A stretch of 64,000 nucleotides of DNA from NCBI GenBank assembly GCA_039630545.1, contig JBCNUU010000006.1:1-64000 (forward strand), written 5' to 3'. Below are positions 9,385 through 17,303 of this stretch, in pieces. Every line of letters starts with the position of its first letter. Positions within the stretch are counted from its first letter, which is position 1. The DNA is from Endomicrobiia bacterium. Lineage in GTDB: Bacteria > Elusimicrobiota > Endomicrobiia > DTEH01. A model generated the notes under the pieces. That model ran no database searches and was not told the origin of the DNA. It saw only the letters and a program-made list of their open reading frames with translations. The position numbers and the translations under genes were made by a program.

Positions 9385-10830
9385 TTAAATTTTCGGTAAA
9401 ATATGTACCTTTCTGCAGAACTTTTTTAAATCTGTCAAAGATGCTTCTTTTTTTGTATGTGAAGTTATCACAGCTTCCAAAACTATCTTTTTTTCTTTGA
9501 TTTTAGATATCAACGAATTATCTGGTGTTAAAAATATTCCATCTGTAAAAATTAAGGCTTTTTTGATTTTTTTTGTTTCTAAAATATGTTTTAGCACACA
9601 TTCTATTTCTGTACCAAATGTGCTGTATGATATTCCTTTAAAGAATTCAGAATTCTTGACTTCTTTAACTTTTGTGCTCCATACGTACACTCTAATTAAA
9701 CCTCTACATACAAAAGGTTTAAAAGAAGAATAAAGAACCTCGTAGTAGTCTTCCATACTGCCACTTACATCAACATAGATATTACATATAGCATCTGGTC
9801 GATCAAAAGCAGGTCTATTATAGTGTGTGTCATAAAAAACCACATCTAAATTACTTTCTTGTTTTACTATGTAGTTGGGGATGTTAAGGTCAGGTATTAT
9901 ACTTTTTGTATTTAATTCTGTTTTTTTGAGGGTATAGATTGGCATATAAGTTTTTTCTTCCTGCAGGAGTCTTAATATCAGTTTTCTTGTAAAGTTTACA
10001 ACTTCTGTTTCCGGTGGTTTAAATTTAATTTTGAAAGTATCTAAATTCTCAAAAGCATTTCCACAGCTATCTCCGTGGAACTTTTTTCTTTCAGAGTTTC
10101 CTGAAGAATCCGAAGAAATGTTGTCTAAAAGTTTTTCTAATTTTGAAATTATGTCTTTGTTTGTTGTTGAACCTAAATTTTTATTACTTATGGGATGTGT
10201 TCCAATCAAAGGTAAATCAACAAGCAGGGTTTTATATGAGTCTAACTTAAAAATTTCTTCTATTATTTGTAGTATTTCTCTAAAGGAAACTCCTTCTTTA
10301 GATGCGTATAGTTTTTTAATTAACCATTTATATTTTAAGGGAAAATCTTCTTTTAGTTTTATGTTGTTTTCTTCATATCCTTGAGGGGGTCTGAGTAGAC
10401 TTTCTATTATATTGCTGACGCTATAGAGTCTTTTTAATATTGAGTATTCAGATGGATCCTTAAATTTTTTCACAAGTAGAGAATTAATCAAAGCATCAAA
10501 TGCGATATTCATTGCTTGTTCAAAGTCGTATTCATCTTTTAGTTGTGGTTGTTCTTTTTTTGCTATCTCAAGATGGCCTAAAAATATATGGTAAAGTTCA
10601 TGGTATAAAACAAATTTTAAGTCTTTTTGTGTCTCGCAATATTTTTCTACAAATTCTTTGTTTATAAGCAAATATATTTTTTCATCTTCCAGACTGACAG
10701 ATAATGAATGAATTTCTTGAGTAATTTTTACCTCAACAATTGTTAAAAACTCATCTATTAAGTTGGGATCGTCTGTTATTGAATTAATTATTTGTACTTT
10801 TAGTTTTTCTTTTTCTTCGGGAAGTTTCAT
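9385..10830 (-). CDS. Metallopeptidase-like (HExxH) plus vWA domain protein (DUF2201-like), MoxR partner
   Basis: HELYH followed by NIAFDALIN; Ser-rich linker; C-terminal MIDAS motif DVSGSM...GT...FTDG. Confidence 0.85.
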   Translation of the reverse strand: MKLPEEKEKLKVQIINSITDDPNLIDEFLTIVEVKITQEIHSLSVSLEDEKIYLLINKEFVEKYCETQKDLKFVLYHELYHIFLGHLEIAKKEQPQLKDEYDFEQAMNIAFDALINSLLVKKFKDPSEYSILKRLYSVSNIIESLLRPPQGYEENNIKLKEDFPLKYKWLIKKLYASKEGVSFREILQIIEEIFKLDSYKTLLVDLPLIGTHPISNKNLGSTTNKDIISKLEKLLDNISSDSSGNSERKKFHGDSCGNAFENLDTFKIKFKPPETEVVNFTRKLILRLLQEEKTYMPIYTLKKTELNTKSIIPDLNIPNYIVKQESNLDVVFYDTHYNRPAFDRPDAICNIYVDVSGSMEDYYEVLYSSFKPFVCRGLIRVYVWSTKVKEVKNSEFFKGISYSTFGTEIECVLKHILETKKIKKALIFTDGIFLTPDNSLISKIKEKKIVLEAVITSHTKKEASLTDLKKFCRKVHILPKI

Positions 10831-10867
10831 GTTTATTTCTCCTATTTAGAGAAGTTTATGTTTCTTT

Positions 10868-11371
10868 CTATATAATTGAATCTTCAAAACTATAAAATTC
10901 TCTTCTAATAAGTTCAGGTATAAAGGATATTTCCCTGTGAGGCAAAAATGCATATCTGGTAGATCTTAGTATCACATTAAGAGAAACTAAAATTGGTGCT
11001 TTCAGAATTTGTTTTGATTCAATTTTATTTTTTAAAAACATGGTTAAATCTATAAGTGGAATAATTCTATTGCAGTTTTTGTTAATGTCATCTAATGCCG
11101 GTTTTAATTCTTTTTCTAATATCTCAATGTTTGCTTGGTCGTTTCTGTATAGTTTGATCAGTTCACACCATACTTGTTTTGAAATATTAGTATGCTTTTC
11201 TAAATAATAAATATCGTAAAAATTAAGTTCATCTAAAGAAAATTTTAATATCTTATTTTTGGAAAATTTAGTAAAACTGTTTGCAGTTAGAACTCTTACA
11301 GCTGTGGTATCTAAATTTTTTAGTATTATATTTCCTTTCATTTTAATTCCCCTCCTTGAATATATTTTCAA
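10868..11371 (-). CDS. Hypothetical protein between the AAA+ and vWA genes (start may be the second Met at 11341)
   Basis: 167-aa ORF coupled to the AAA+ stop codon; AGGAGGG SD precedes MKGNII; no recognised motif. Confidence 0.65.
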   Translation of the reverse strand: MKIYSRRGIKMKGNIILKNLDTTAVRVLTANSFTKFSKNKILKFSLDELNFYDIYYLEKHTNISKQVWCELIKLYRNDQANIEILEKELKPALDDINKNCNRIIPLIDLTMFLKNKIESKQILKAPILVSLNVILRSTRYAFLPHREISFIPELIRREFYSFEDSII

Positions 11372-12905
11372 ATCTTTCGTTAAAGTATAAAAATGTTTTA
11401 ATGTATGAATTTATGAATTTTTCAAAATTTATTTGTTCTTTAAGATTGATTTCACAAAAATAATTAAAAATACTACAGTATATTGCATCTGAAATAGATT
11501 TATTTTTAACCTGCATGGTCTTGATTTCTTCATCTATCATTTCAAGTATATCCTGAGTGTAACTGAAACTAAGATTCTCTTCATTTGAAGATAAACTTTT
11601 AAAAGTTGGGATCATTTTATAGAAATAAGTATCTGTATCGTGATTATTTTTTATCCTTAATGTTAAATCAGAGGTATATTTTAAGAATTCATAACATAAA
11701 ATATCTGCCAGTTCTGCACTTAAAGGCATTCTTGATAGGTATCTAAAACCAGTAACTACAAAACAAACTTTTCTATATTCGTTGTTTTTGTTTATCAAAG
11801 AGATTAGTAATTCTTCAAATTTTTCTTTTTCTATATTGTTTTTAAGTAGTAGCTCTATAGCTAAAAAAATTTTCTCATAGGGATCTTTTTCATAATAAAC
11901 TAATATTTTAGGATCGTATTTATCTATACATCTTTTTATTGTGTTTGAAATAATTATGTTTAGTAATGAATCGTCAATTTTTAAGTATGCTCGGTGAGGT
12001 AGAGAACAAATAGTTGCGTTAAATGTTATCCAGTAAAGTTCTATCTCTTTGCCTGTAGCTAAAACTGCTGAAATATACCATAAAATATTGTCTTTTATAA
12101 CTTTTATTCTTCGGGTTGAGAGGTAAATATTTATTTTCTTTAATTCGTCACTCAAAGAAACCAGATACTTGTCAAATCTATAAAAGTATTCTTTTACAAT
12201 ATCGTTAAATAATAATTTAGTTTTATGAATTGTATTTTTTAACCAGTTTGTTAACTTGTTGTCTATTTTGTAAATATTTAGACTACTTATTATCTTATAT
12301 TTTATTTTCTCTTCCATTTCATGAAAGTTTGGAAATTTTAGTATATAGTTAAATCTATCTGCTAAGGCAACATCTAAAGGATAGGTACCCTCGGTAACTA
12401 AAGTTTCAGGTGTCTCATCGTCATATTCAAATTTAGGTGGATTCATTGCTGCCCACCTATAGATAAGTTTGTCTAAGTTTATTCCATATATTCGTTTTTC
12501 ATATATAATTGAAAAAAACTTATTTTGAGTATCTGGTTTGCACCTGGAAATTTCATCAATAAATATCGCTTCTTTATCCCAGCATGAACAAGGTAGTTGC
12601 TGATAACTGATTTTACCATTGGGTAGTTTAACAGGATAGCCAATAAGTTCATCTAAATTTAACATTGAAGCATTGTAATGAGCATAATTTAAAGATAAGG
12701 TTTCAAAAAGTTTAAGTGTTAGTTGCGTTTTTGCAGTTCCTGGAGTACCTATCAGTAACACAGGGCATTCCTGTGCCAGAGATGCTATAATAATGTCATC
12801 AAAGTCCTTAAGTCCATAAAGATTTAATTCTTCCGTGATAGATATGGGATTTTTTTTAATAAAGAAAGTGCTTGAGGAGTTATTTAGAATCTGTTTTTTT
12901 GTCAT
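11343..12905 (-). CDS. MoxR-family AAA+ ATPase with C-terminal helical extension
   Basis: Walker A GTPGTAKT, Walker B IFIDEISR, AAMNP, PLDVALADRF; adjacent vWA gene. Confidence 0.88.
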   Translation of the reverse strand: MTKKQILNNSSSTFFIKKNPISITEELNLYGLKDFDDIIIASLAQECPVLLIGTPGTAKTQLTLKLFETLSLNYAHYNASMLNLDELIGYPVKLPNGKISYQQLPCSCWDKEAIFIDEISRCKPDTQNKFFSIIYEKRIYGINLDKLIYRWAAMNPPKFEYDDETPETLVTEGTYPLDVALADRFNYILKFPNFHEMEEKIKYKIISSLNIYKIDNKLTNWLKNTIHKTKLLFNDIVKEYFYRFDKYLVSLSDELKKINIYLSTRRIKVIKDNILWYISAVLATGKEIELYWITFNATICSLPHRAYLKIDDSLLNIIISNTIKRCIDKYDPKILVYYEKDPYEKIFLAIELLLKNNIEKEKFEELLISLINKNNEYRKVCFVVTGFRYLSRMPLSAELADILCYEFLKYTSDLTLRIKNNHDTDTYFYKMIPTFKSLSSNEENLSFSYTQDILEMIDEEIKTMQVKNKSISDAIYCSIFNYFCEINLKEQINFEKFINSYIKTFLYFNERFENIFKEGN

Positions 12906-13069
12906 AGGTTTATGAATTCTCCTTTCTAACTTAGATGGAGATCGGCAGTACCACCTTACCTACTTTTTATAAGGTAGGCAGGTTGGTAAGGAAGATATGC
13001 GCCTGCCGGTCATCGCGCTGAAGCAACAATTCATGTTGCTTCACATCTTCCTTTTCGGCATAAACCTAC
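12903..13069 (-). ncRNA. Candidate SAM-I-clan riboswitch variant (proximal, translational)
   Basis: P1 UAGGUUUAUG/CAUAAACCUA; branched P2; P3 CCAACCUG..UAAGGUGG; 6-bp pseudoknot CGGCAG/CUGCCG; P4 UCUCC/GGAGA contains the SD; metK in the downstream operon. Confidence 0.65.
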
Positions 13070-13171
13070 TGAGTTTTAAAGATTTTTCAAAGATGTAAAA
13101 TAATTATGAATATAAAGAAAACAATCTAAGAATTTAAGTTTATGTATTTATCAACTTTATTTACAACTTTA

Positions 13172-13356
13172 AAGATACATGGGGTTCCTTTTTGAGGAAC
13201 CGCTTTTCCACCTTATTCTACGAATAAAATTCGTAGAACAGGTTGGCACGGAGTCGGTAGCAGGCTTTTCCTGCCGGGGCTGGTTAACACCCCCTTCCTC
13301 CGACTCTTCATGTATCCTACAATTGGCCTTCTGTGAGTATGGCCAAAAATAGGATA
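13172..13356 (-). ncRNA. Candidate SAM-I-clan riboswitch variant (distal) with a 5' competing hairpin
   Basis: P1 AGGAUACAUG/CAUGUAUCUU followed by AAGAG; P2 GAGUCGG/CCGACUC enclosing two hairpins; P3 CCAACCUG..UAAGGUGG; P4 GGUUCC/GGAACC; no clear pseudoknot. Confidence 0.55.
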
Positions 13357-13369
13357 GTTTATTTTTAAT

Positions 13370-13398
13370 AAAGTATAAAAATTTTTAAAAAAAGTCAA
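13370..13398 (-). promoter_or_regulatory. sigma70-like promoter for the riboswitch/AAA+ operon
   Basis: TTGACT (13393-13398) with TATACT at 15-nt spacing or TACTTT at 17-nt spacing, just upstream of the structured RNA. Confidence 0.5.
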
Positions 13399-13449
13399 TA
13401 GTTTTAAAAAAAAATCAGTTTTTAAAATTATTTGTTTAATAAAAATTTA

Positions 13450-14655
13450 TTATATATGCTTCAATAAGTGACCTAAACGGTACTTTTTAGAAGAAAGATA
13501 CTTTTTCATGTGTTTTGTTTTGGGCGGGATTTCTATTGGTATGCGTTCTATGATTTTTATTCCGTAACCTTCAAGTCCAACTATTTTTTTAGGATTGTTA
13601 GTAAGAAGGCGAATTTTTTTTACACCTAAATCTGCTAAAATCTGAGCACCAATCCCATAGTCTCTAAGATCAGGTTTGAATCCTAGTTTTAGATTAGCTT
13701 CAACTGTGTCCAGGCCTTTGTCCTGAAGCTGGTATGCTTTAAGTTTGTTTATTAAACCAATACCTCTACCTTCTTGGTGTAAGTAAAGTAGAATTCCACC
13801 TTCCTTCGAAATCATCTCTAAGGACTTATCCAACTGAAGTCCACAATCGCATCTTAAAGAATGTAACGCATCTCCTGTAAGGCAAGAAGAATGCACTCTA
13901 ACCAGAATGCCGTCTTCTATTTTTCCTTTTTGCAGAACAATGTGATTTTCTTTAGTCAAAACATCTTGATAAACGAAAAGTTTAAATGTACCATAGTCTG
14001 TTGGTAAAATTGTACTTACAATTTTCTTTATAAATTTCTCTGTAAGTCTTCTGTATTTTATTAGGTCAGCAATTGTTATAATTTTTAGTTTGTGTCTTTT
14101 GGCAAATTTTATTAACTCTGGAAGTCGTGCCATTGTGCCATCTTCGTTCATTATTTCACATATTACTCCGGCTGGGTAAAAACCAGCAAGTTTTGCTAAG
14201 TCAACAGAGGCCTCTGTGTGACCTGCTCTAACTAGTACTCCTCCCTCCTTGTAAACCAAAGGAAAAACATGTCCAGGACGAACAAAATCTTCCGGTTTTG
14301 CAAGAGGGTCTATGAGTTTTTTTATGGTAGTGGCACGATCATATGCAGAAATACCTGTTGTTATTCCTTCTTTGGCATCTACAGATACAGTAAAGGCAGC
14401 TTCATGTGGAATCTCTGGCTGACATACCATCAGTGGAATTTTAAGTTTAGTCAGTCTTTCTTCCGTTAAAGCTACACAAATAAGACCTCTTGCATATTTT
14501 GCCATGAAATTTATCCAGTAAGGAGTTGCTTTTTCTGCTGGTAGTACAATATCGCCTTCGTTTTCTCTTTCAGGGTCATCTACTACTATTACTGGTTTGC
14601 CTTTTTTTAGTTCTTTTATTGCAGCTGGAATTGTAGCAAAAATTTTATTTTTCAT
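13450..14655 (-). CDS. ribBA: Bifunctional DHBP synthase / GTP cyclohydrolase II
   Basis: [27 protein letters not shown]...RCDCG, QEGRGIG. Confidence 0.97.
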   Translation of the reverse strand: MKNKIFATIPAAIKELKKGKPVIVVDDPERENEGDIVLPAEKATPYWINFMAKYARGLICVALTEERLTKLKIPLMVCQPEIPHEAAFTVSVDAKEGITTGISAYDRATTIKKLIDPLAKPEDFVRPGHVFPLVYKEGGVLVRAGHTEASVDLAKLAGFYPAGVICEIMNEDGTMARLPELIKFAKRHKLKIITIADLIKYRRLTEKFIKKIVSTILPTDYGTFKLFVYQDVLTKENHIVLQKGKIEDGILVRVHSSCLTGDALHSLRCDCGLQLDKSLEMISKEGGILLYLHQEGRGIGLINKLKAYQLQDKGLDTVEANLKLGFKPDLRDYGIGAQILADLGVKKIRLLTNNPKKIVGLEGYGIKIIERIPIEIPPKTKHMKKYLSSKKYRLGHLLKHI

Positions 14656-15273
14656 TCATTTAATAAAACCATGTTCTTTCAAAAAATCCAGTGTGATTTC
14701 TTTTTTTGGTTTTGTTATTTCTTTTATGTATCTTGCTAAAATATCTACTTCTATGTTGAATTTATCTTTTGGTTTTTTGTATTTAAGTGTTGTATTATTT
14801 AGTGTAAACGGTACTATCACTACAGAAAATCTGTCTTTTAATTTTTTTGCAACAGTTAAACTTATACCGTCCAGTGCAACAGAACCTTTTTCTACTATAA
14901 AATCATATAAATTTTTTGGCAACTCAAATATGTATTCTTCGTGCTTGATCTCTAATAGCTCTACTATACCGTCTACATGACCAGTTACAAAGTGGCCAGA
15001 AACTCTACTGCCAACTTTAAGCGAGCGCTCAAGGTTAATTTTATCTTGTGGTTTTAAAAATTTTAAGTTTGTTCGGCTTAGCGTTTCTAAGGATAGTGTT
15101 GTTTTAAAAATTGTTTTGTTATCTGAAGTTTTTAGATCTTCTACTGTTAAGCACACACCATTCACAGAAACACTATCTGCAATCTTTATGTCAGACAACA
15201 CCGTAGAGATAACAAGAGCAGTTGGTGTTTTTTCTTTTAGCTCTGCTATATCTTCTATTATACCCGTAAACAT
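14656..15273 (-). CDS. ribE: Riboflavin synthase (alpha chain)
   Basis: MFTGIIE N-terminus, NGVCLTV, GHFVTGHVD, DGISLTV. Confidence 0.97.
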   Translation of the reverse strand: MFTGIIEDIAELKEKTPTALVISTVLSDIKIADSVSVNGVCLTVEDLKTSDNKTIFKTTLSLETLSRTNLKFLKPQDKINLERSLKVGSRVSGHFVTGHVDGIVELLEIKHEEYIFELPKNLYDFIVEKGSVALDGISLTVAKKLKDRFSVVIVPFTLNNTTLKYKKPKDKFNIEVDILARYIKEITKPKKEITLDFLKEHGFIK

Positions 15274-15290
15274 TTTTTTAAGGTTAAATT

Positions 15291-16394
15291 TTATTTTATA
15301 AATTTTGCTTTTATTACAAAATCTTTAGCTATTTCTTCAATACTTAAAAACTCTACTTTAAACGCTTTTGACGGCAAAACAACTCCTTCACCTTCCACCC
15401 AGGTTTTCGCTGTTCTGCCTCCAAAAATTTTTGGTGCCATAAATATAATAAAATCATCTACTAACTTTTCTTTTAACAGTCTCCAAATCGTCTCACCACC
15501 ACCTTCAACTAACACTGAAGTGATGTTGTGGTTTTTAGCTAAGGTTTTAAGAATTTGTTTAAATGGTATTTTTTTAGTCCGATAAAAATAAAAGATTATA
15601 TTTTCTTTATTATAAAAGTTTTTGATTTTTTTGTTTTCAAAATTAGGAGTAAATATTATGGTTTTAATCTTGTTGTCAAAAATGTGAAATTTTTTGTTTA
15701 AGTTTAATAATTTTGATATGTTTCCTACCACTATTCTTGTTGGATTTTTTCCAAAATTATGAGATGATAATGAAGGGTTGTCTATAAGCACTGTGTTTAT
15801 TCCGACCATTATACCATCATATGTGGCTCTTAGTTTATATACATATTCCCTTGAGTTTTCTGTAGTTATCCATTTTGATTTGTTTGCTACTGTTGCAATT
15901 TTCCCATCAAAGGTAATTGCTGATTTAATTGTTACATACGGTAAAGATTCTGTTATCCATTTTAGATAAAATCTGTTTAGATATTTTGCTTCTTCGTTTA
16001 GTACACCAACTTTACATTCTATTCCTTGTGAAATGAGTTGTTTTATTCCCTTGCCATTAACCTCAGGATTAGGGTCTATTATTGAACAGACTACTTTTTT
16101 TATTTTGTATTTAATTATTTTTTCAGTACATGGTGGGGTCTTCCCCCAATGACAGCAAGGTTCTAAGTTTACATATAAAGTGGATCCAGCTATTAAAGAT
16201 GTATTCCCTTTTTTTATTGCGTCTTCTATAGCTTCTACTTCAGCATGCGGCTTACCATAAGCTTTGTGATAACCCTCTCCTATTATTTTGTTTTTATGTA
16301 CCAAAACAGCACCAACTAAAGGATTAGGAGAAGTCTGTCCTAAAGCTTTTTTTGCAAGTTCAAAACAGTATCTTATATATTTTTCATCATTCAT
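15291..16394 (-). CDS. ribD: Riboflavin biosynthesis deaminase/reductase
   Basis: PNPLVGA, HAE, LEPCCH..KTPPC, VEGGG. Confidence 0.97.
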   Translation of the reverse strand: MNDEKYIRYCFELAKKALGQTSPNPLVGAVLVHKNKIIGEGYHKAYGKPHAEVEAIEDAIKKGNTSLIAGSTLYVNLEPCCHWGKTPPCTEKIIKYKIKKVVCSIIDPNPEVNGKGIKQLISQGIECKVGVLNEEAKYLNRFYLKWITESLPYVTIKSAITFDGKIATVANKSKWITTENSREYVYKLRATYDGIMVGINTVLIDNPSLSSHNFGKNPTRIVVGNISKLLNLNKKFHIFDNKIKTIIFTPNFENKKIKNFYNKENIIFYFYRTKKIPFKQILKTLAKNHNITSVLVEGGGETIWRLLKEKLVDDFIIFMAPKIFGGRTAKTWVEGEGVVLPSKAFKVEFLSIEEIAKDFVIKAKFIK

Positions 16395-16408
16395 GATAAA
16401 TACTACAA

Positions 16409-16594
16409 CTACCTGTCAGAAGCTAACTTGCCACTTTGTGCCCAGTTGTGTTTTGGTATGTCATAGATTATAACTATGACTGCTTCCTCAGGACAGTTAA
16501 GAACTTTTGATGTTGTTTGTGTAAGTTTTTCTACGAGTTCTCTTTTGGTTTCTATGTCTCTTCCTTCCCACATCTCAACCGTGATTACTGGCAT
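16409..16594 (-). CDS. 4-oxalocrotonate tautomerase family protein
   Basis: Pro-1 (MPVITVEMWEGR), 61 aa, NWAQSG; strong SD. Confidence 0.9.
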   Translation of the reverse strand: MPVITVEMWEGRDIETKRELVEKLTQTTSKVLNCPEEAVIVIIYDIPKHNWAQSGKLASDR

Positions 16595-16613
16595 ATGTTA
16601 GTTTTACCTCCTT

Positions 16614-17303
16614 TTACTCTAAAAATTTTATCTTTAAAATAGTTAAAATTCCTATTACAGCATCTTTAAATTTTATTTTTTTGCCCTGTTTAATACTTCT
16701 AGGTGAATAAGAAATTGGCAACTCTAAAATTTTGTAACCTTTTTTTAAAAACTTACATGTTAGTTCTGCTTCTATTTCAAACCTTTTACTTTTAAGCTGA
16801 ATATTTTTTAATACATCTTTATGAAAAATTTTATAACATGTGTAAGAATCAGTAATTTTTTGTCCAAAAAGAAAACTTATAATCCAGCTTATTAATCTAT
16901 TCCCCAAGTAATATGTTTTATATAAAACGGGATTTTTTTCTAAAAATCTTGAACCATAAACTATTAAACTTTTTTTATCTAAAATTGGTTTTATTAAATA
17001 TTTTATCTCTTCTGGATTATACTCTAAATCTGCATCTTGAATTGCAACTATATCACCAGATGAGTTCTTTATTCCACTAATTAAAGCCGCTCCTTTACCC
17101 TGATTTTTTTTATGAAAAATAAACTTTACCTGTTTGTTTTCTTGTTGGAGATTTTTTAGAATTTCTTTAGTTTTATCCACAGATGCATCGTCTACTATTA
17201 TGATTTCTTTTTCTATACCAAAATCAATATTTTTTACTTTACTGAAAGCTTCTAAAATAGTTTTTTCTTCGTTGTAAACCGGGATTATTATAGAAAGTTT
17301 CAT
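16614..17303 (-). CDS. GT2 glycosyltransferase (polyprenol-phosphate mannosyltransferase-like)
   Basis: LSIIIPVYNE, VDDAS, NQGKGAA, QDADLEY, YGSRF. Confidence 0.92.
   Translation of the reverse strand: MKLSIIIPVYNEEKTILEAFSKVKNIDFGIEKEIIIVDDASVDKTKEILKNLQQENKQVKFIFHKKNQGKGAALISGIKNSSGDIVAIQDADLEYNPEEIKYLIKPILDKKSLIVYGSRFLEKNPVLYKTYYLGNRLISWIISFLFGQKITDSYTCYKIFHKDVLKNIQLKSKRFEIEAELTCKFLKKGYKILELPISYSPRSIKQGKKIKFKDAVIGILTILKIKFLE

Noticed and set aside
13213..13398. 61-aa ORF in the ORF track
   Set aside because: Starts at the TTG of the -35 box, has no SD and runs through the structured RNA; probably not coding.
12906..13449. FMN riboswitch or simple terminators belonging to the rib operon
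   Set aside because: The elements are downstream of ribBA, lack recognisable FMN-aptamer motifs, and are multi-stem folds without U-tracts.
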